The notes beneath the pieces were generated by a model. That model made no database searches. It worked only from the letters and a program-made list of their open reading frames with translations, and was not told the DNA's origin. Shown piece by piece: positions 44,609-45,057 of a DNA stretch of 45,057 nt (position 1 is its first letter; every line of letters starts with the position of its first letter). The translations under genes and the position numbers were made by a program. The stretch is from a bacterium (lineage in GTDB: Bacteria > Patescibacteriota > Saccharimonadia > Saccharimonadales > OMJO01), in assembly GCA_900299395.1 (NCBI GenBank), contig OMJO01000038.1, positions 1-45,057 on the forward strand. The letters run 5' to 3'.

Positions 44609-44645
44609 GCTTACCTATTGTACTTGGAAGCGCGCAACCATGCCA

Positions 44646-45057
44646 CTAACCAATGTAGCGATGAGCCAGCACAATAACAATGCCAAGAACCCCTGCGCCA
44701 AGTGCCACTAGAGCAGTCGGCATATCAATAAGCTGGGCTTTCTTGCGTGAAGCATTGATACTCGGGATTATGTCACTTGCTGCAATGTAGATGAAGAAGC
44801 CCGCGGTAGAACCAAGCAAGATGCCCAGCAAGGTGTGGCTGGTCTGCGCTGTCTGATAAAAAACAATTGTCCCTATAGCAGTTGCGACCACTGCAATACC
44901 GTGCACCATTAGTACTCCGCGCCGCTTCATGCCTCGCGACAATAGATAGCCAGAATCAGCCATCTCGCGTGGTATTTCGTGGAGTGCCACAGCAAGGGTC
45001 GTTATAACGCCAGTGGGCGCACTAACCAAGAATGCAGCGGCGATTGCGGCCCCATCA
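44646..45057 (-). CDS. ZIP family metal transporter, C-terminal part (5' end beyond window)
   Basis: The frame stays open to the window edge (..DGAAIAAAFLVSAPTGVITTLAVALHEIPREMADSG). This resembles the ZupT-like HxxPEG region and is followed by hydrophobic helices. Confidence 0.6.
   Translation of the reverse strand, partial: DGAAIAAAFLVSAPTGVITTLAVALHEIPREMADSGYLLSRGMKRRGVLMVHGIAVVATAIGTIVFYQTAQTSHTLLGILLGSTAGFFIYIAASDIIPSINASRKKAQLIDMPTALVALGAGVLGIVIVLAHRYIG

Noticed and set aside
1-45057. Scan for CRISPR arrays, tRNA or rRNA genes, transposases, integrases, prophage genes and classical toxin-antitoxin or restriction-modification pairs.
   Set aside because: I saw no regularly spaced direct repeats and no T-loop/acceptor-type tRNA signatures in the few intergenic gaps. 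No ORF had recombinase, transposase, methyltransferase-endonuclease or phage structural motifs.

Overview
Dense, mostly housekeeping chromosomal segment with about 50 protein genes. Many junctions are 0-70 bp or overlapping, and long ORFs read cleanly with the standard genetic code. Gene content includes a split transketolase, a gap-rpiB-rpe-tktN-tktC operon, class II FBA next to a PfkB kinase, GatCAB, a PilB-type ATPase and many small membrane-anchored orphans. No respiratory or TCA genes are in view. This suggests a reduced-genome Patescibacteria/CPR bacterium, plausibly Saccharibacteria (inference only). I found no rRNA, tRNA, CRISPR array, transposase or integrase. The standout is a 778-bp non-coding gap (36335..37112) between pheT and an ABC exporter. 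On the minus strand it carries a near-consensus promoter, a 603-nt core closed by a perfect 14-bp helix, several further perfect long-range helices, and its own intrinsic terminator. I could not match it by eye to RNase P, tmRNA, SRP RNA, a T-box or a group II intron. I therefore flag it as a candidate large structured ncRNA of unknown class. Secondary points: (1) a hairpin-dense island of about 67% GC in the convergent gap between a hydrolase gene and uvrB; (2) an orphan membrane gene translationally wedged into gatC-gatA-X-gatB; (3) a SLOG/LOG-family gene coupled to a 425-aa orphan; (4) a frameshifted half-size TauE gene; (5) a recurring -10 hexamer 6-8 nt upstream of start codons, implying widespread leaderless mRNAs.
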